NCBI RefSeq assembly: GCF_001194135.2 | Contig: NC_068984.1 | Location: 121,891,012-121,925,167 of the forward strand | Direction: 5' to 3' | DNA: 34,156 nt | Origin: Octopus bimaculoides | Taxonomy: Eukaryota | Shown: positions 1 to 12,202 of the stretch, piece after piece | Layout of the letters: each line of letters starts with the position of its first letter | Position numbering within the stretch: position 1 is the first letter of the stretch | Program-made: the position numbers and the translations under genes | Notes under the pieces: generated by a model | Told to the model about the DNA's origin: nothing | Seen by the model: only the letters and a program-made list of their open reading frames with translations | The model's database searches: none

Positions 1-291
1 ATTTTCGAGCGAGATCGTTGCCAGTGCCCCTGGACTGGCTTGTGCGGGTGGCACATAAAAGACACCATTTCGAGCGTGGCCGTTTTCGTGCGGGTGACAC
101 ATAAAAGCACCCACTACACTCTCTGAGTGGTTGGCGTTAGGAAGGGCATCCAGCTGTAGAAACTCTGCCAAATCAGACTGGAGCCTGGTGTTGCCATCCG
201 GTTTCACCAGTCCTCAGTCAAATCGTCCAACCCATGCTAGCATGGAAAGCGGACGTTAAACGATGATGATGATGATGATGATGATGATGAT
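1..291 (+). mobile_element. RTE-tail repeat (family C), 3' part with (GAT)n tail; runs off the window start
   Basis: Contains ggcgttaggaagggcatccagctgtagaaac ... catggaaagcggacgttaaac(gat)n. Near-identical to 14249-14555. Confidence 0.85.
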
Positions 292-1372
292 ATAAAGAAG
301 TATTTTGTAACATGAGCCTCATAAACACGAAATTTAGTGTTTATCTCTCTTTGTAACTATACTGAACTTTCAGCTTCATAAAGTCTACACTGGCTCTCTC
401 TACTATTGGAGGACTTCATTTGCAGTTCATTAACTTCCAATGAAAGGGCTGATGTTGAAGGAATATCCATGATAAACTACACAAACACTTGCATTTGCTG
501 TAGTTATTGTTCTTGGTGAAACTAATCTAGTTTTTTAGTCTCAGGTCAGCACTGATTAAGCACAATTGTAATGAAGGACGTCAAAGCTATGACCATCCAT
601 TTTCCCCCTCATTTTTATTTATATAGTATATTTATGATTAGATTATGAAAGACATCCTTCTTTTTTATGATAAGGTGTAATTTGAGAGAGATTTGACTGC
701 TATTTCGAGTGACTGTATAGAGGCTCCTTTGTCGACTTATTTTTTCTATATTCATAAATCAATTTTAGTGTCTTTGTGTGTGTCACACTTCCAGTTCATT
801 ATTGTTACAATTCATATCACATGAATTCTTCCCACTTCAGACAAGGATCAAGGTTTGTACATGCAGATATGTTGATAGAAAACAATTTAAACCATTCTCC
901 ATATTTATGAATATCTATATTTATGTTATTTTACTCGTCACGGGTTATCTCATCTTACAACACTCATTATCTCCCCTAAATTGACCAAGGTACATAACTC
1001 TGCTTGTTCCTTGTTTGCCTAACAAAACGAAACAAAAAAAAAAACTGACCGTTCATGCGTCACCTAGTAAACCATTCCACTTAGTCATGGAATGATGAAA
1101 GGAAAGCCTTTTAATAAAATCAAATTCATATTTCTGTAGCGAAGTAAAAACAAAACAGGATCTTTTATGTTCAAATGAGCTATTAAGATTATAATTGCTT
1201 GGACTAAAAGCTAATTTGATATATTTATGCAGTGAGGAAAATACAACTTTAGCTCAATGATTAATATTATTTTAATTATTTTAGTATATTTAGAGAATAT
1301 ATTTACATCTTTCCTTGTTTTGATCAATTGAATCTATGACAATCATCAGGCATTTTATCACCAGATATATTT

Positions 1373-1854
1373 AGACATAGGTGTAGCTCAGTGATTAAGA
1401 ACTTCGCTTCCCAACTATGTCAGTGGATTTGGTTGACAGAAACTGAAAGAAGCCTGTTATGCCTACCACGTAAAGTGGAAGGAAATCATGGAAGAGGGAA
1501 ACCCAAGAAGATATGGGATGAAATATGGAAACACAGACTTACAAAGGAGATGACAGAAAAACAAGATATGGGGCACGTTGCTGTACTCAAGAAGACCCAC
1601 TCACCACAGCAAAATTGAGATCCTAAAACTAAGGTGCCACATAAAAAGCATTGGTGAGAGTGTTGGTACCACACAAAAAGCATCCATTACATTCTGTTGA
1701 GTGGTTGGTGTCTAAGAAGGACATCCAGTTGTAGAAACCAAACCAAAACAGATTATGCAACCTGGTGTGGCTCCTGGCCTTGCTAGTTCCTGTCAAACTG
1801 TCCAACTCATCTTAGCATGGAAAACGGACATTAAATGTTGATGATGATGATGAT
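1373..1854 (+). mobile_element. Deleted family A SINE head joined to an RTE LINE 3' end (ORF2 C-terminus, 3' UTR and (GAT)n tail)
   Basis: 1373-1460 matches the family A head. 1460-1618 translates to KVEGNHGRGKPKKIWDE...LTKEMTE...VLKKT, resembling the RTE ORF2 C-terminal EG..GRGRPRKTW motif. The family C tail follows. Confidence 0.7.
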
Positions 1855-1979
1855 AGTACATGTGAGTGCTTGTTGTTTATATTTCGTTGTTAGCAACAGG
1901 AAGGGCATCCAACTCCAGAAAACCTACCTCTGTAAAATGCATGTGATCCATGCAAGTACTGGAAAAGTGGACATCATAT

Positions 1980-2151
1980 AGGCATAGGAGTGGCTGTGTG
2001 GTAAGTAGCTTGCTTACGAACCACATGGTTCCGGGTTCAGTCCCACTGCGTGGCACCTTGAGCAAATGTCTTCTACTATAGCCTCGGGCCGACCAAAGCC
2101 TTGTGAGTGGATTTGGTAGACGGAAACTGAAAGAAGCCCGTCGTATATATG

Positions 2152-2182
<31 letters not shown>

Positions 2183-2380
2183 GTGTCTGTGTTTGTCCCC
2201 CCAACATCGCTTGACAACCGATGCTGGTGTGTTTACGTTCCCGTAACTTAGCGGTTCGGCAAAAGAGGCCGATAGAATAAGTACTAGGCTTACAAAGAAT
2301 AAGTCCTGGAGTCGATTTAATTGACTAAAGGCGGTGCTCCAGCATGGCCACAGTCAAATGACTGAAACACGTAAAAGAGT
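1980..2380 (+). mobile_element. Full-length tRNA-headed SINE (family A)
   Basis: A-box-like tggctgtgtgg at 1991-2001 and B-box-like ggttcagtccc at 2034-2044. Internal (TA)/(TG) tract and 3' gactgaaac..gtaaaagag end. Several paralogues occur in the window. Confidence 0.85.
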
Positions 2381-2969
2381 ATCAAAACCATGATGATGAT
2401 AGTATATTTACTTTGAAAATGAAGGTTCCTAGTTTGAATACAGCTAAGGAAGCATGCAGATCTCTGAAAATATCACAGATGATCAAAGATCAAACTACTT
2501 GATGCATAGTGTAGTTATAAATATTGTAAATAAGTCTAAGTTTTAAGATTTTTAATTTTATTTAAAGAAAACACTAATTTTGTAAATTAAATTGGTGAGT
2601 TATAAGAAAAATTTTCTTTTGACTTTTCTCTCCGCAATAATTCATTTTTGCATTTGGCTTACAAGATTCTTGACGTGAATTCATTTGTTGAAATAAATCT
2701 GGTTGTCTTGGGAAGATTATTACACTAGTAATAACACATGCACTGTCTGCTCCTGACCTTGAAGAGAAAGCAAGTCACTAAGAAGGTTGCAGATAGCAGC
2801 AAAAGAACTTCAACTAATCAACCAATTGATTATTTAAACAAATTTTTGATTAGTTAGATATTTATTCATTTGACTAACAATAAAGAAGTGTTATTGTTGA
2901 CATGATGACTTTCCTTAATAGGTAATATTTTGAGAGTTAAAACTAAGATTTTATTATTTTTAATTCTAG

Positions 2970-3049
2970 GGTCAGTTCAATATCCTGGTATTTTCTCAAT
3001 GTATTTGGATTGAGAAGTATGTACACATTAATCCTGGGACAAGATAACG
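2970..3049 (+). CDS. EMC3: ER membrane protein complex subunit 3, internal coding exon (phase 2 to phase 1)
   Basis: ttctag|G GTC...AAC G|gtatgt translates (W)[26 protein letters not shown], matching the EMC3 motif [27 protein letters not shown] as recalled. Confidence 0.96.
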
Positions 3050-3174
3050 GTATGTATTATTAACACTACTGCTAATTCTATTACTATTTCTTCACACTTT
3101 CATAAAGTTGTTACTTTTGCTTGATACTCTCCCTTGCTTTCACGTAATTGATATGTTAATATTTGTCCCTTTAG

Positions 3175-3257
3175 CGGCTGACCAAACCAGAGTTATGCAA
3201 GAACAGATGTCAGGCTCAGCTATGGTTGCACCTCCAGACCCCATGAAAGCATTCAAA
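3175..3257 (+). CDS. EMC3: EMC3 penultimate coding exon
   Basis: ctttag|CG GCT...TTC AAA|gtaaga translates (A)ADQTRVMQEQMSGSAMVAPPDPMKAFK. In frame after a 125-nt intron. Confidence 0.96.
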
Positions 3258-3424
3258 GTAAGAGCAAATTTTTAACTGTTTTTTAAGAAATTATTCATAC
3301 CTAGTTTTGATTAATCCCTACTAAGTGTTTGAATTTATCACCAACCTAGAAGTGATGGTAGACATCTGAGAAAGATTTTATTAAAAAGGGTGAAATTATA
3401 AACATTTGTTTACCTCCCCTAACA

Positions 3425-3623
3425 AGCACTGGCAATGGTGCCTCTTAAAAAGCACCCAGTATACTCTTTAAAGTGGTACTAGGCATTAGGAAGGGCATCC
3501 AGCCATAGAAACATGCAAAAACAGACTATGAACCCTGTTGTGACTCTTGGCATTGCTTGCTCATTTCAAACTGTTCAACCCATGCCAGCATGGTAAACAC
3601 GTTACATGATGATGATGATGATG
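3425..3623 (+). mobile_element. Diverged family C (RTE-tail) repeat in an EMC3 intron
   Basis: attaggaagggcatccagccatagaaac...cccatgccagcatgg...(gat)n. Confidence 0.75.
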
Positions 3624-4464
3624 AACAATAGTACAGTGCAGACTGTTTCTTTGTTTATCAATATTCAAATTGTTAAAGATCATCCTACTGTTGTCATCAA
3701 ATGAATGTAAAACTTTGGAAGAGGAAAGTTACGTGAAATTTGCTTTCATGTGGATTGAAAATTTGTAGCCAGTTCTTCAACATTAATTTTCGAATGAATA
3801 ATTTTTTTGTATGTGTGTGTGTCTTTTTATGAGCTTCTCCCTCTGCGTGTGGGGCAGATAGTATGATGCTATGAAGTGTGTTGCCACCTGATGGTAAAAC
3901 GTTGGCTTTGAATGTCATTACACTCTCTGATTCACCTCTTCAACCATGAATACATCATAAAGTGGTAAGGCTTTTCTAATTTTATGAGGTACAAGGCAAC
4001 TCCACTAGTGTTGGTCCATTGTAGAATCCACCTTGGACTCTGTAATGTGGTTGGCAAATGAGTAAAGATGTGGGGTTGCAAAGATTTTTGTGTCTTGTCA
4101 TAGATATGACAAGCTCTCTTGGCTGGTGCTTTGATAAAATACCTCCAGTACAATCTGTAATGTGGTTGATGATAGGAAGAGCATCTAGCTGTATAATCCA
4201 AGCCAAAATGAAACATGAGTGAGACATGGTCCTTCAACTTGTCTTGGAAGACAGTAACTCTACACTAAAACTGATTCAGACCCTGAGGATTCATCCAGCA
4301 CATAGACATGGAAAGCAAATATAAAACGATGGCAGCAGTAGTATGGTTTTATCATTTGATTAGATAAGAGAGTGTAACAGTGCCCTTAGATTTAAGGAGT
4401 TTTCCTAGACTTATGAGGTTGATGTAGTAGGTGTTTATCTTGAATTTCTGCAGAGCTATGTTTC

Positions 4465-4540
4465 ATCATCATCATCGTTTAACGTCCATCTTTTTACATG
4501 CTTGTATGGATAGGACGGTTGACAGTAGTTGGCCAGGTAA
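4465..4540 (-). mobile_element. Family C tail fragment, reverse orientation
   Basis: (cat)n cgtttaacgtcc...catgcttgtatggataggacgg. Confidence 0.65.
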
Positions 4541-4799
4541 AAATTGCATAGGGAAAGGGGATCCAGAAAATTGGTTGTGATGGTTACTGTGAGATTTGGT
4601 GGATTGATTCTGCTGGGATGATAGTGATAATGGGGAGTGCAGATATATTACGAAAAAGAGTAGAAACTGTTGTCATAATGGTAAAACAAAAAACAAAATA
4701 AAACAAAGGAAAGTGAAGTTTTAGCATATTTGTATGTAGTAGTAGTAGTAGTAGTAGTATGTATATATATATATATATATATATATAGCAGTACTTATT

Positions 4800-5160
4800 A
4801 GGTGTCACAATGCCTTATAGAGAATCAGCAACTATTCAAAGCTGAAGTATTTCTGTGGTGTGAAAAAGAAATTCAAGTTTTGTGATGTCTTGACTATTAT
4901 AGACAAGACTGCCTTGCAAAGTTGCCAGAAATGCCTAGAACTTGTAAACTGAATGTCTGAGTTTTCTGTGGTTCATATGGTGAGTAGTTGTGAAGGTTGT
5001 CAGGGGCTTTTTGGTATTTTTCTGTATTGTGTTCGTATCTTGGCACTGTTGGATGGAATTAGAAGAAATCATCATTTCTTTCAGCCAATTTGTCAGCCCA
5101 GAGTTTTTAACTCTTGATACTGACACACTTAAGTCTGCCCCGTGTGCAAAATACAAACTT
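4800..5160 (-). mobile_element. Degenerate CR1/L2-group LINE ORF2 remnant
   Basis: Minus-strand translation IVKTSQNLNFFFTPQKYFSFE*LLILYKAL resembles the post-RT AKTASQKL.FL.RARKYF...LL.LYKAQVRP motif. Contains stops. Confidence 0.5.
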
Positions 5161-6099
5161 CCTGTTCTAAAGTAACCTCAATAAAAAAGTCTTTGTTAAT
5201 TTGTTTCAAACACCAGCTTGATAATGGTAAAGTTATTTTACTAAATTCTTTATTTTAATTGTAATAGAGGCAATGTATTTCAACAGAAATATGGTGGACA
5301 AAAAGATGCAATCCTAGTATTGGTATATAGCCATAGTGTTGTAGAGGCTTATTGAAGTTTTCCCTTCAATGTTCACCCTTCTCTGCCTGCCTAGTTGACT
5401 GTCAGTATTTAGTTTATAAAAAAAGACCCTCCCCCAGTCTTATCAGTTTCTATGCAGCTCATTTTTAATAGCATAGTGATCTAAAGGTGGTGGCCTAGTT
5501 GGGATATTGTACAAGGAAGAATAAATGAATTATAAGCTATTATTAGGACTACCTAGCTTTATTTATATAGAAGATAAAATGGGCTGGTCTACAATAGAAG
5601 CATTAAATCTGATGTTAGTTTCAACACTTCGTTTGGTGAATTCAACCAAGATAAGAAGGTGCCACTGATCTCATCTTGTCTTTCTCTGTATTATGACCTC
5701 TGACCCCTAGATCCCTCTCATCATATTTGATTTTATATATAGGAAAATAGCAAAACTGTTATAAAAAAAAATTGCTGAATGAGGGGATAAATTTGATTAA
5801 AGGTCTTTGACAGCACAATACAACAAGAATTTTTTTTGCTTTTGCTAAGGTAGGAGTTATCCTTATAGGTCCCATGATAGCAATTTAATTTTTGAATACC
5901 ATTCAAAAAGCATTTTTTGTATAACTTGTTATATCAGTAAAATTAGACATAGCAGACATGTCTTCTATGAGATCTCTTATATAATTTTATATCAAGACCT
6001 TTTATATGTAAAAACATTTGAATTCTATCAGTTGCTTGGATTCAGAAAGAGAGATATTTTTTATAGTATTTAATTGTGATTAATTATTTCCTTTTACAG

Positions 6100-6216
6100 G
6101 CAGAGTGGGAAGCTCTTGAAATTTGCAACCATCAGTGGAGTTTGGAAGGTGTTGAAGAGGAACTAACTGGCAGCAGTATTCCAGAAACCATCTATATAAA
6201 AAACAAGTTCTCATAA
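6100..6216 (+). CDS. EMC3: EMC3 last coding exon with TAA stop
   Basis: ttttacag|GCA GAG TGG... translates AEWEALEICNHQWSLEGVEEELTGSSIPETIYIKNKFS*, matching the EMC3 EWEALE...HQW.L..VEEEL motif. Confidence 0.95.
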   Translation, partial: AEWEALEICNHQWSLEGVEEELTGSSIPETIYIKNKFS

Positions 6217-6809
6217 TTGTACAAAGTGTGACAATTTTACACTGAAGTGGAGCAAAATATATTTAAAAAAAAAACTGGCTTGTGTTTTCATGGTTTCTTA
6301 TTCATAAGAAATTGGATTTTTACAGACAGCATCTAACATTGTAATCTACTGATAAAGCCTGTGGGCAAATAATCGATCTTGAACCATCAAATAGGAGAGA
6401 TAAAATATTTGTCTTCCTCCACAATGAAATCTAATGCAACGGCTATTTTAGATAAAACTAGCCCCATTGCCAAAAGAGAGAAATGTGTGTGTGTTTGTGT
6501 GCTTCTGTGTATGTGTGTTGAGAGATTGAAACCGTCAACTTCACATTGACAATATTTAGTATTTTCACTTCCAAACAACTTATTTAAAGGATGTAAAAGG
6601 GAAGTTCATTTGTATTGGTTTTTATTTAAATGCAAATTGTTTTGTTATATGCTTCTATATATTACTGTGAATTATAAAACATCAAGCAAAAATTTTTTTA
6701 AAAATCTACTATTTTAACATGTTAAGACTATTGTCCTAATGTTTATTAAATATGTGGGATTCACATACACACAATAATTCAAATATTTATTCATTCTAAG
6801 AGTTGTAAT

Positions 6810-6815
6810 AATAAA
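6810..6815 (+). promoter_or_regulatory. Candidate EMC3 polyadenylation signal AATAAA
   Basis: AATAAA about 600 nt after the stop codon. The motif is common in AT-rich DNA, so support is weak. Confidence 0.2.
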
Positions 6816-7299
6816 CTTATTTGAAATCTTTTCTCCGAAATACATATTTTAAATAATACTAATAGAAAAACCTTCCATGGAGGAAAAGTTTGTTAAACTG
6901 AGTCAAACTTGCTGAAAGAATAATAACAATAATAATAATAATAAAAAAAGCTGGCAAACATTGATATTGCCAAGAATTAACAAGCACAGTATTTGAAGAC
7001 TGGCAATATTAACAGTAGTTTTGCAACTTATTTTTAGACATGTAGAAACTCCACTGTAGGTTAAATAATGAAATACAGCCAGTCTTTTCAAATACCCAAT
7101 ACTTCATATTGCAAAGAAAGGCTGAATTCTGGAGGTAAAAAAAAAAAGACAATCTATTACCAAAAGAATTCTTTCTTCTCTTTTTATTTAAATGGATCTG
7201 AATAAGACCTCAACAAAACCTAAAACAGTTAATATTGATACAGAGAAGGAGGTTGATAGATGAATAGCTGTGCTTCATTTAGTGAATTGTATGTATGTA

Positions 7300-7451
7300 T
7301 CATCATCGTCGTTTAACGTCCGCTTTCCATGCTAGCATGGGTTGGACGATTTGACTGAGGACTGGTGAAACCGGATGGCAACACCAGGCTCCAATCCAAT
7401 TTGGCAGAGTTTCTACAGCTGGATGCCCTTCCTAACGCCAACCACTCAGAG
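7300..7451 (-). mobile_element. Family C 3' end, reverse orientation
   Basis: Reverse complement of 120-270 (catcatcgtcgtttaacgtccgctttccatgctagcatggg...). Confidence 0.85.
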
Positions 7452-7485
7452 AATATATATATGAATATATATATATATATATATA

Positions 7486-7951
7486 CTTGTGCCAGTGAAA
7501 CGTTAAAAGCACATCCGAACGTGGGGTGTCACTGGCCCACTTATGAGTACCCCTCATTCATTGGAGAATAAACTTTGCTTGTGAAGACCTATTGAGGCAA
7601 GTGTAAACAAATCAAAATCGCTGACGTGGCTGATGACAGTACTGCCTGATTGGCACACGTGCCAGTGGAACGTTAAAAGCACATCCAAGCGTGATTGTTG
7701 CCAGGGCCATGGATTGGCTCCCGTGCCGGTGACACTTGAAAAGCACCATTTGAGTGTGATCGTTGCCAGCGTCGCCTTACCAGCACGTGCTAGTGGCATG
7801 TGAAAAACAACATTTGAGCATGGTCGTTACCAGTGACACCAGACAGGCTCCCATGCAGGTAGCACATAAAAACACCTTTTGAGCGTGGTCGTTGCCAGAA
7901 CCGGCTGACTGGCTCTCGTGCCGGTGGCACGTAAAAGCACCCACTACACTC
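7486..7951 (+). mobile_element. Family C body with internal ~65-bp tandem units, cut by an assembly gap
   Basis: Units start at 7659, 7723, 7787, 7853 and 7918. The stretch ends in gcacgtaaaagcacccactacactc, as in the copy at 1-291. Confidence 0.8.
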
Positions 7952-8440
7952 NNNNNNNNNNNNNNNNNNNNNNNNNNNNNNNNNNNNNNNNNNNNNNNNN
8001 NNNNNNNNNNNNNNNNNNNNNNNNNNNNNNNNNNNNNNNNNNNNNNNNNNNNNNNNNNNNNNNNNNNNNNNNNNNNNNNNNNNNNNNNNNNNNNNNNNNN
8101 NNNNNNNNNNNNNNNNNNNNNNNNNNNNNNNNNNNNNNNNNNNNNNNNNNNNNNNNNNNNNNNNNNNNNNNNNNNNNNNNNNNNNNNNNNNNNNNNNNNN
8201 NNNNNNNNNNNNNNNNNNNNNNNNNNNNNNNNNNNNNNNNNNNNNNNNNNNNNNNNNNNNNNNNNNNNNNNNNNNNNNNNNNNNNNNNNNNNNNNNNNNN
8301 NNNNNNNNNNNNNNNNNNNNNNNNNNNNNNNNNNNNNNNNNNNNNNNNNNNNNNNNNNNNNNNNNNNNNNNNNNNNNNNNNNNNNNNNNNNNNNNNNNNN
8401 NNNNNNNNNNNNNNNNNNNNNNNNNNNNNNNNNNNNNNNN
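7952..8440. other. Assembly gap (N run) followed by (TA)n
   Basis: Run of N. The other gaps are 9288-9760, 28408-28479 and 32443-32951. Confidence 1.
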
Positions 8441-8486
<46 letters not shown>

Positions 8487-8952
8487 CCACACATGGAGAA
8501 AGTTTTCCCTAGGTAGACAATGACAAATATTCAGCTAACAAACGCATATAGTATGTTCATTCTGTAATATGTTAATGTCATAAATGGCACACAGATGGGA
8601 TGCCAAAAAGACATGCGAAAATTAAAATATATGATCATTTTATTTCTACAATATGACCATATGACAAACTGAATTGGTCATTAAACTATGTAGGTAGGGA
8701 TGTTTATTATTATTATTGTGTCCATTCAGCTTATCTTTTGGCAAAAGGGTATTCAGCATCCTGTCCACACAGTCATAAACAGTCTACAATAAATATAAAA
8801 GACTGGACTAGATGCTTTAAATGTATCACATTTGGTCCCTTTTTTTAAATCTAATTTCATAGCTCACACTGGTTAGCTTAGCTGTTCATCTTGATTACAC
8901 AGGATTAGAATGAATTATTGCACAATAGTTTTATTATAGTTTTATTAGTATA

Positions 8953-10102
8953 CTAGCAGAAATACCCGGCTTTGCCCGGGTTAAAGAGAATAATGAAATC
9001 TAAAAACGCCGTCTAGACTACGCAACCCTCAACTGTTAGTAGGTACGATACCATATTTCTACATTAATAACTCTCCAATCCATGCCAGCATGGAACATAG
9101 ACATTAAGTGGAATGCCAGTCTCATCTAGGAGGGCCTTGAAATCAATGTTACCAACTGGGGACTATGTGTGTCGTAGTGATAATAAAAAGACCCAAAGGA
9201 GGTCTGCAACGAAATAATTTTACTCAACACTTTGCAAGTGAATCAGTGGAGGCAAAGATGCGTCTCATTTACTTGACAATTTATGCANNNNNNNNNNNNN
9301 NNNNNNNNNNNNNNNNNNNNNNNNNNNNNNNNNNNNNNNNNNNNNNNNNNNNNNNNNNNNNNNNNNNNNNNNNNNNNNNNNNNNNNNNNNNNNNNNNNNN
9401 NNNNNNNNNNNNNNNNNNNNNNNNNNNNNNNNNNNNNNNNNNNNNNNNNNNNNNNNNNNNNNNNNNNNNNNNNNNNNNNNNNNNNNNNNNNNNNNNNNNN
9501 NNNNNNNNNNNNNNNNNNNNNNNNNNNNNNNNNNNNNNNNNNNNNNNNNNNNNNNNNNNNNNNNNNNNNNNNNNNNNNNNNNNNNNNNNNNNNNNNNNNN
9601 NNNNNNNNNNNNNNNNNNNNNNNNNNNNNNNNNNNNNNNNNNNNNNNNNNNNNNNNNNNNNNNNNNNNNNNNNNNNNNNNNNNNNNNNNNNNNNNNNNNN
9701 NNNNNNNNNNNNNNNNNNNNNNNNNNNNNNNNNNNNNNNNNNNNNNNNNNNNNNNNNNNNGTATACATATACATCTCTCTCTCTGAAAGTATCTGTCATT
9801 ACAGTATCGAAATGTGATTGTTTCAGTTAGTAGAATAGTTTCATTTTTAAAGTGAAAGTATTTGACATGAGTGTTTTTGTTTCACTTTTGACACGTAATA
9901 CTTAAATAGTGGAGGAGATATTATGTTGCCGTGGGCTCGAACTCTGCAAGAAGTTAAATTTTTTTTGACTAAAACACAACTGGAACCCTAAGTAAGGCAT
10001 GTGTAAAATTTGAATGAAATTGGTTGCGTAGTTCTCGAGTTTTAGGGATTCACACAGACAGACAGACAGACAGACACACATTCTCATTTTTATATATATA
10101 GA
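8953..10102 (-). mobile_element. Non-autonomous Helitron (contains a gap)
   Basis: On the minus strand: A|TCTATATATATAAAAATGAGAATG (5' TC at 10102), then (CTGT)n, and at the far end the hairpin ACCCGG-gcaaag-CCGGGT (8964-8981) followed by ...CTAG|T at 8953. These are canonical Helitron termini with an A/T insertion site. Confidence 0.75.
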
Positions 10103-11534
10103 TTACAATAATATACTACAGCCAATAGTATATTATAGCTCACATGAGCAAGACAATAACTGCTTGCGCCAGATTACTGATGACAAAAATATTCCACAGA
10201 CTACTTTGCAATTGAGGGTTAGATGGGGCATGGACACATGTTCCATCAAACAAGCCACACAGTCATGACCAAGTGGATTTTAAATTGTAAATATATATAT
10301 GTATATATATACACACACACACATACACATATATATACAAAACTAAAGATGTGTATTTTAATGACCCAGTCAACAGGAAGAGGCTGTGTGCACAACCTGT
10401 AAGACTGGTAAAGTTGGTGTTATGTTAACCATATTAGTCAATGTCCACAAAAAAAAAAAAAGAAATGTGTGCAAGGAGAGAATACCAGAGGGTTGATGTT
10501 CTGAGGGAAAAGGATTAGGCTGACTTGTTGGTTGTGGGGAACCTGACAAAATAAAGGAGAAAGAGAGGTATTTTGGGTGGGCTTGAGTGGAGGCAGTATG
10601 CAACTAGCTAGATGTGGTGTTGCAGTAATAAAAAAGATAGTGAGAAGAGACATTGCAGTATGTAGGTAAGTTTTTACCAGTCAGTTCATTGGTCTTCTTT
10701 TGGTTGTAGTCTCATTACTTCAACTACATCTGCTAACTCATGAAACTGTTTAATTATGGTTAATGTATCTACATACAAGCATGCATTCACTGATATTCCA
10801 TCAAACAGTTTGTACTTCTAGTGTCTAGTTTGTCTTCTCTCAGATTTCTTTAAGGAATGCTGGCTTTAAAGACTGTCCTTAGAAATTACTTTCTAAAGTA
10901 CTGTCCTAGTTGTCAACTGCAGAATTTTAAACAAAAGAAACAAGTCGTATGTGAATCATTTTAACATCATGCGAGAGTCTTCAGTAAATAAGTTACTGCA
11001 ACACATGATCCATCTCATTATGGGTCTGAAGTAGACATTGGACATACAACCTGTTCATTGTAGGTACACCAAATTGAGTTGCCAGCTACTGCCAAAGTTA
11101 CAATCATCAAACACAATACATTTTTTTTCTTAAATTTCAATTCTGACTTACAGGAAATTCTTAAAACAAACATTACAAATGAAAAAAAAGAAAATCAACT
11201 GAAATTCTATTAAAAGTATCCCTGAGTGATTTGAAAGTAATCATCTTGAATTTGGTGTTGAACACAGTGTACATGATGTATCTCTTATAGTCTGCTGAAT
11301 TGGAACATTCTTTACTAGAATTTTAGATTCTGCTGCTTTTCATCCTGGGGAAGAAACCAGAAGTCTTAGTGGAATAAGACTCTTTGGTATTTTACATATC
11401 ACTTCTTTTGCCAAGCACAACATATGAAACATCTTTCAGTATTTTGGTACCACTAGAAAAAATGTAAAAAAATAGAAAAAGTTGTTTAGATCATTTCAAA
11501 TAATACATTTTTCAAAGGGGGCAAGTTACCATCA

Positions 11535-11860
11535 TTAGCATGGCTATATGGTTAAGAAATTCACTTAACAATCATGGTTTTGGGATCAGTTCCACTGTGC
11601 AGCATCTTGGGCAAGTGTTATAAATTGTAAACCTGGATTGGCTACTACTTTATGAGTAAATTAAGTATACAAAAATTGTCCAAAAGCTATCATATGCATG
11701 TACCTGCAAATAAAAGTGTAATAAAAGCTTCTTTACCTGAAAAGCAGGTAAGGATTAATTACAGAAATAGCATCTTGCTGTAAAAACAATGCCTAAGTAA
11801 TATCAATATGTATTCATCTAACTCATGCAAGCATGGAAAAGTGGATGTAAAACATGCAAA
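11535..11860 (+). mobile_element. Old SINE: family A-type head plus C2 (RTE-type) tail fragments
   Basis: tggctatatggttaagaa...gggatcagttccactg...cttgggcaagtg, and later catgcaagcatggaaaagtggatgtaaaa. Confidence 0.55.
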
Positions 11861-11959
11861 TGAAGTGTGAAGGGAGCTAAGATACTCAGCTGTATTGAAT
11901 AAAAAAAACTGCTGTATGACCATATGACAATATTTCAGTAAGTTAACTGTTTTTGTAAA

Positions 11960-11979
11960 TTTATTTTTATTGATTTATT
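11960..11979 (-). promoter_or_regulatory. Cluster of three AATAAA hexamers, candidate DUS4L polyadenylation signal
   Basis: TTTATT on the plus strand at 11960, 11966 and 11974, about 225-245 nt past the DUS4L stop. Confidence 0.35.
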
Positions 11980-12202
11980 CTCATTTTACTCACTGGTGGG
12001 ATAATTTTGAAAAATTTGTTTCCAAGCAAATATTTTTTACAGTTGGATGTTTTTCCTTCTGTTTTCTCAACCATGAAAAGAGGAATGTATAGCCAGCCAG
12101 AAAGGTTAATGCATGCTTACTTATTTACCTTAAATTTTATAGTAAAGATCACTCCAATGAAATCTAAAACATACTTACAAGCGCTGTTGGTAGCAGTTGA
12201 TG

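Noticed and set aside
1980-2060. tRNA gene
   Set aside because: A and B boxes are present, but the sequence continues into a multi-copy SINE body and does not form a full cloverleaf.
7628-7680. CTGATGA...hairpin...GGAACGTT resembling a hammerhead
   Set aside because: The spacing is wrong, there is no stem I, and the sister units have GGCACGT at that position, so the match is incidental.
7659-7951. CRISPR-like regular spacing of ~65-bp units
   Set aside because: There are no unique spacers, whole units are homologous, the context is a eukaryotic retroposon, and no cas genes are present.
7777-9830. Long ORFs of 167-237 aa in the ORF track (also 28336-28596 and 32262-33059)
   Set aside because: They are artefacts of reading through N gaps and (TA)n tracts.
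10841-11070. Possible extra exon after a strong ctctcag acceptor
   Set aside because: All three frames stop within about 40 nt and there is no recognisable homology.
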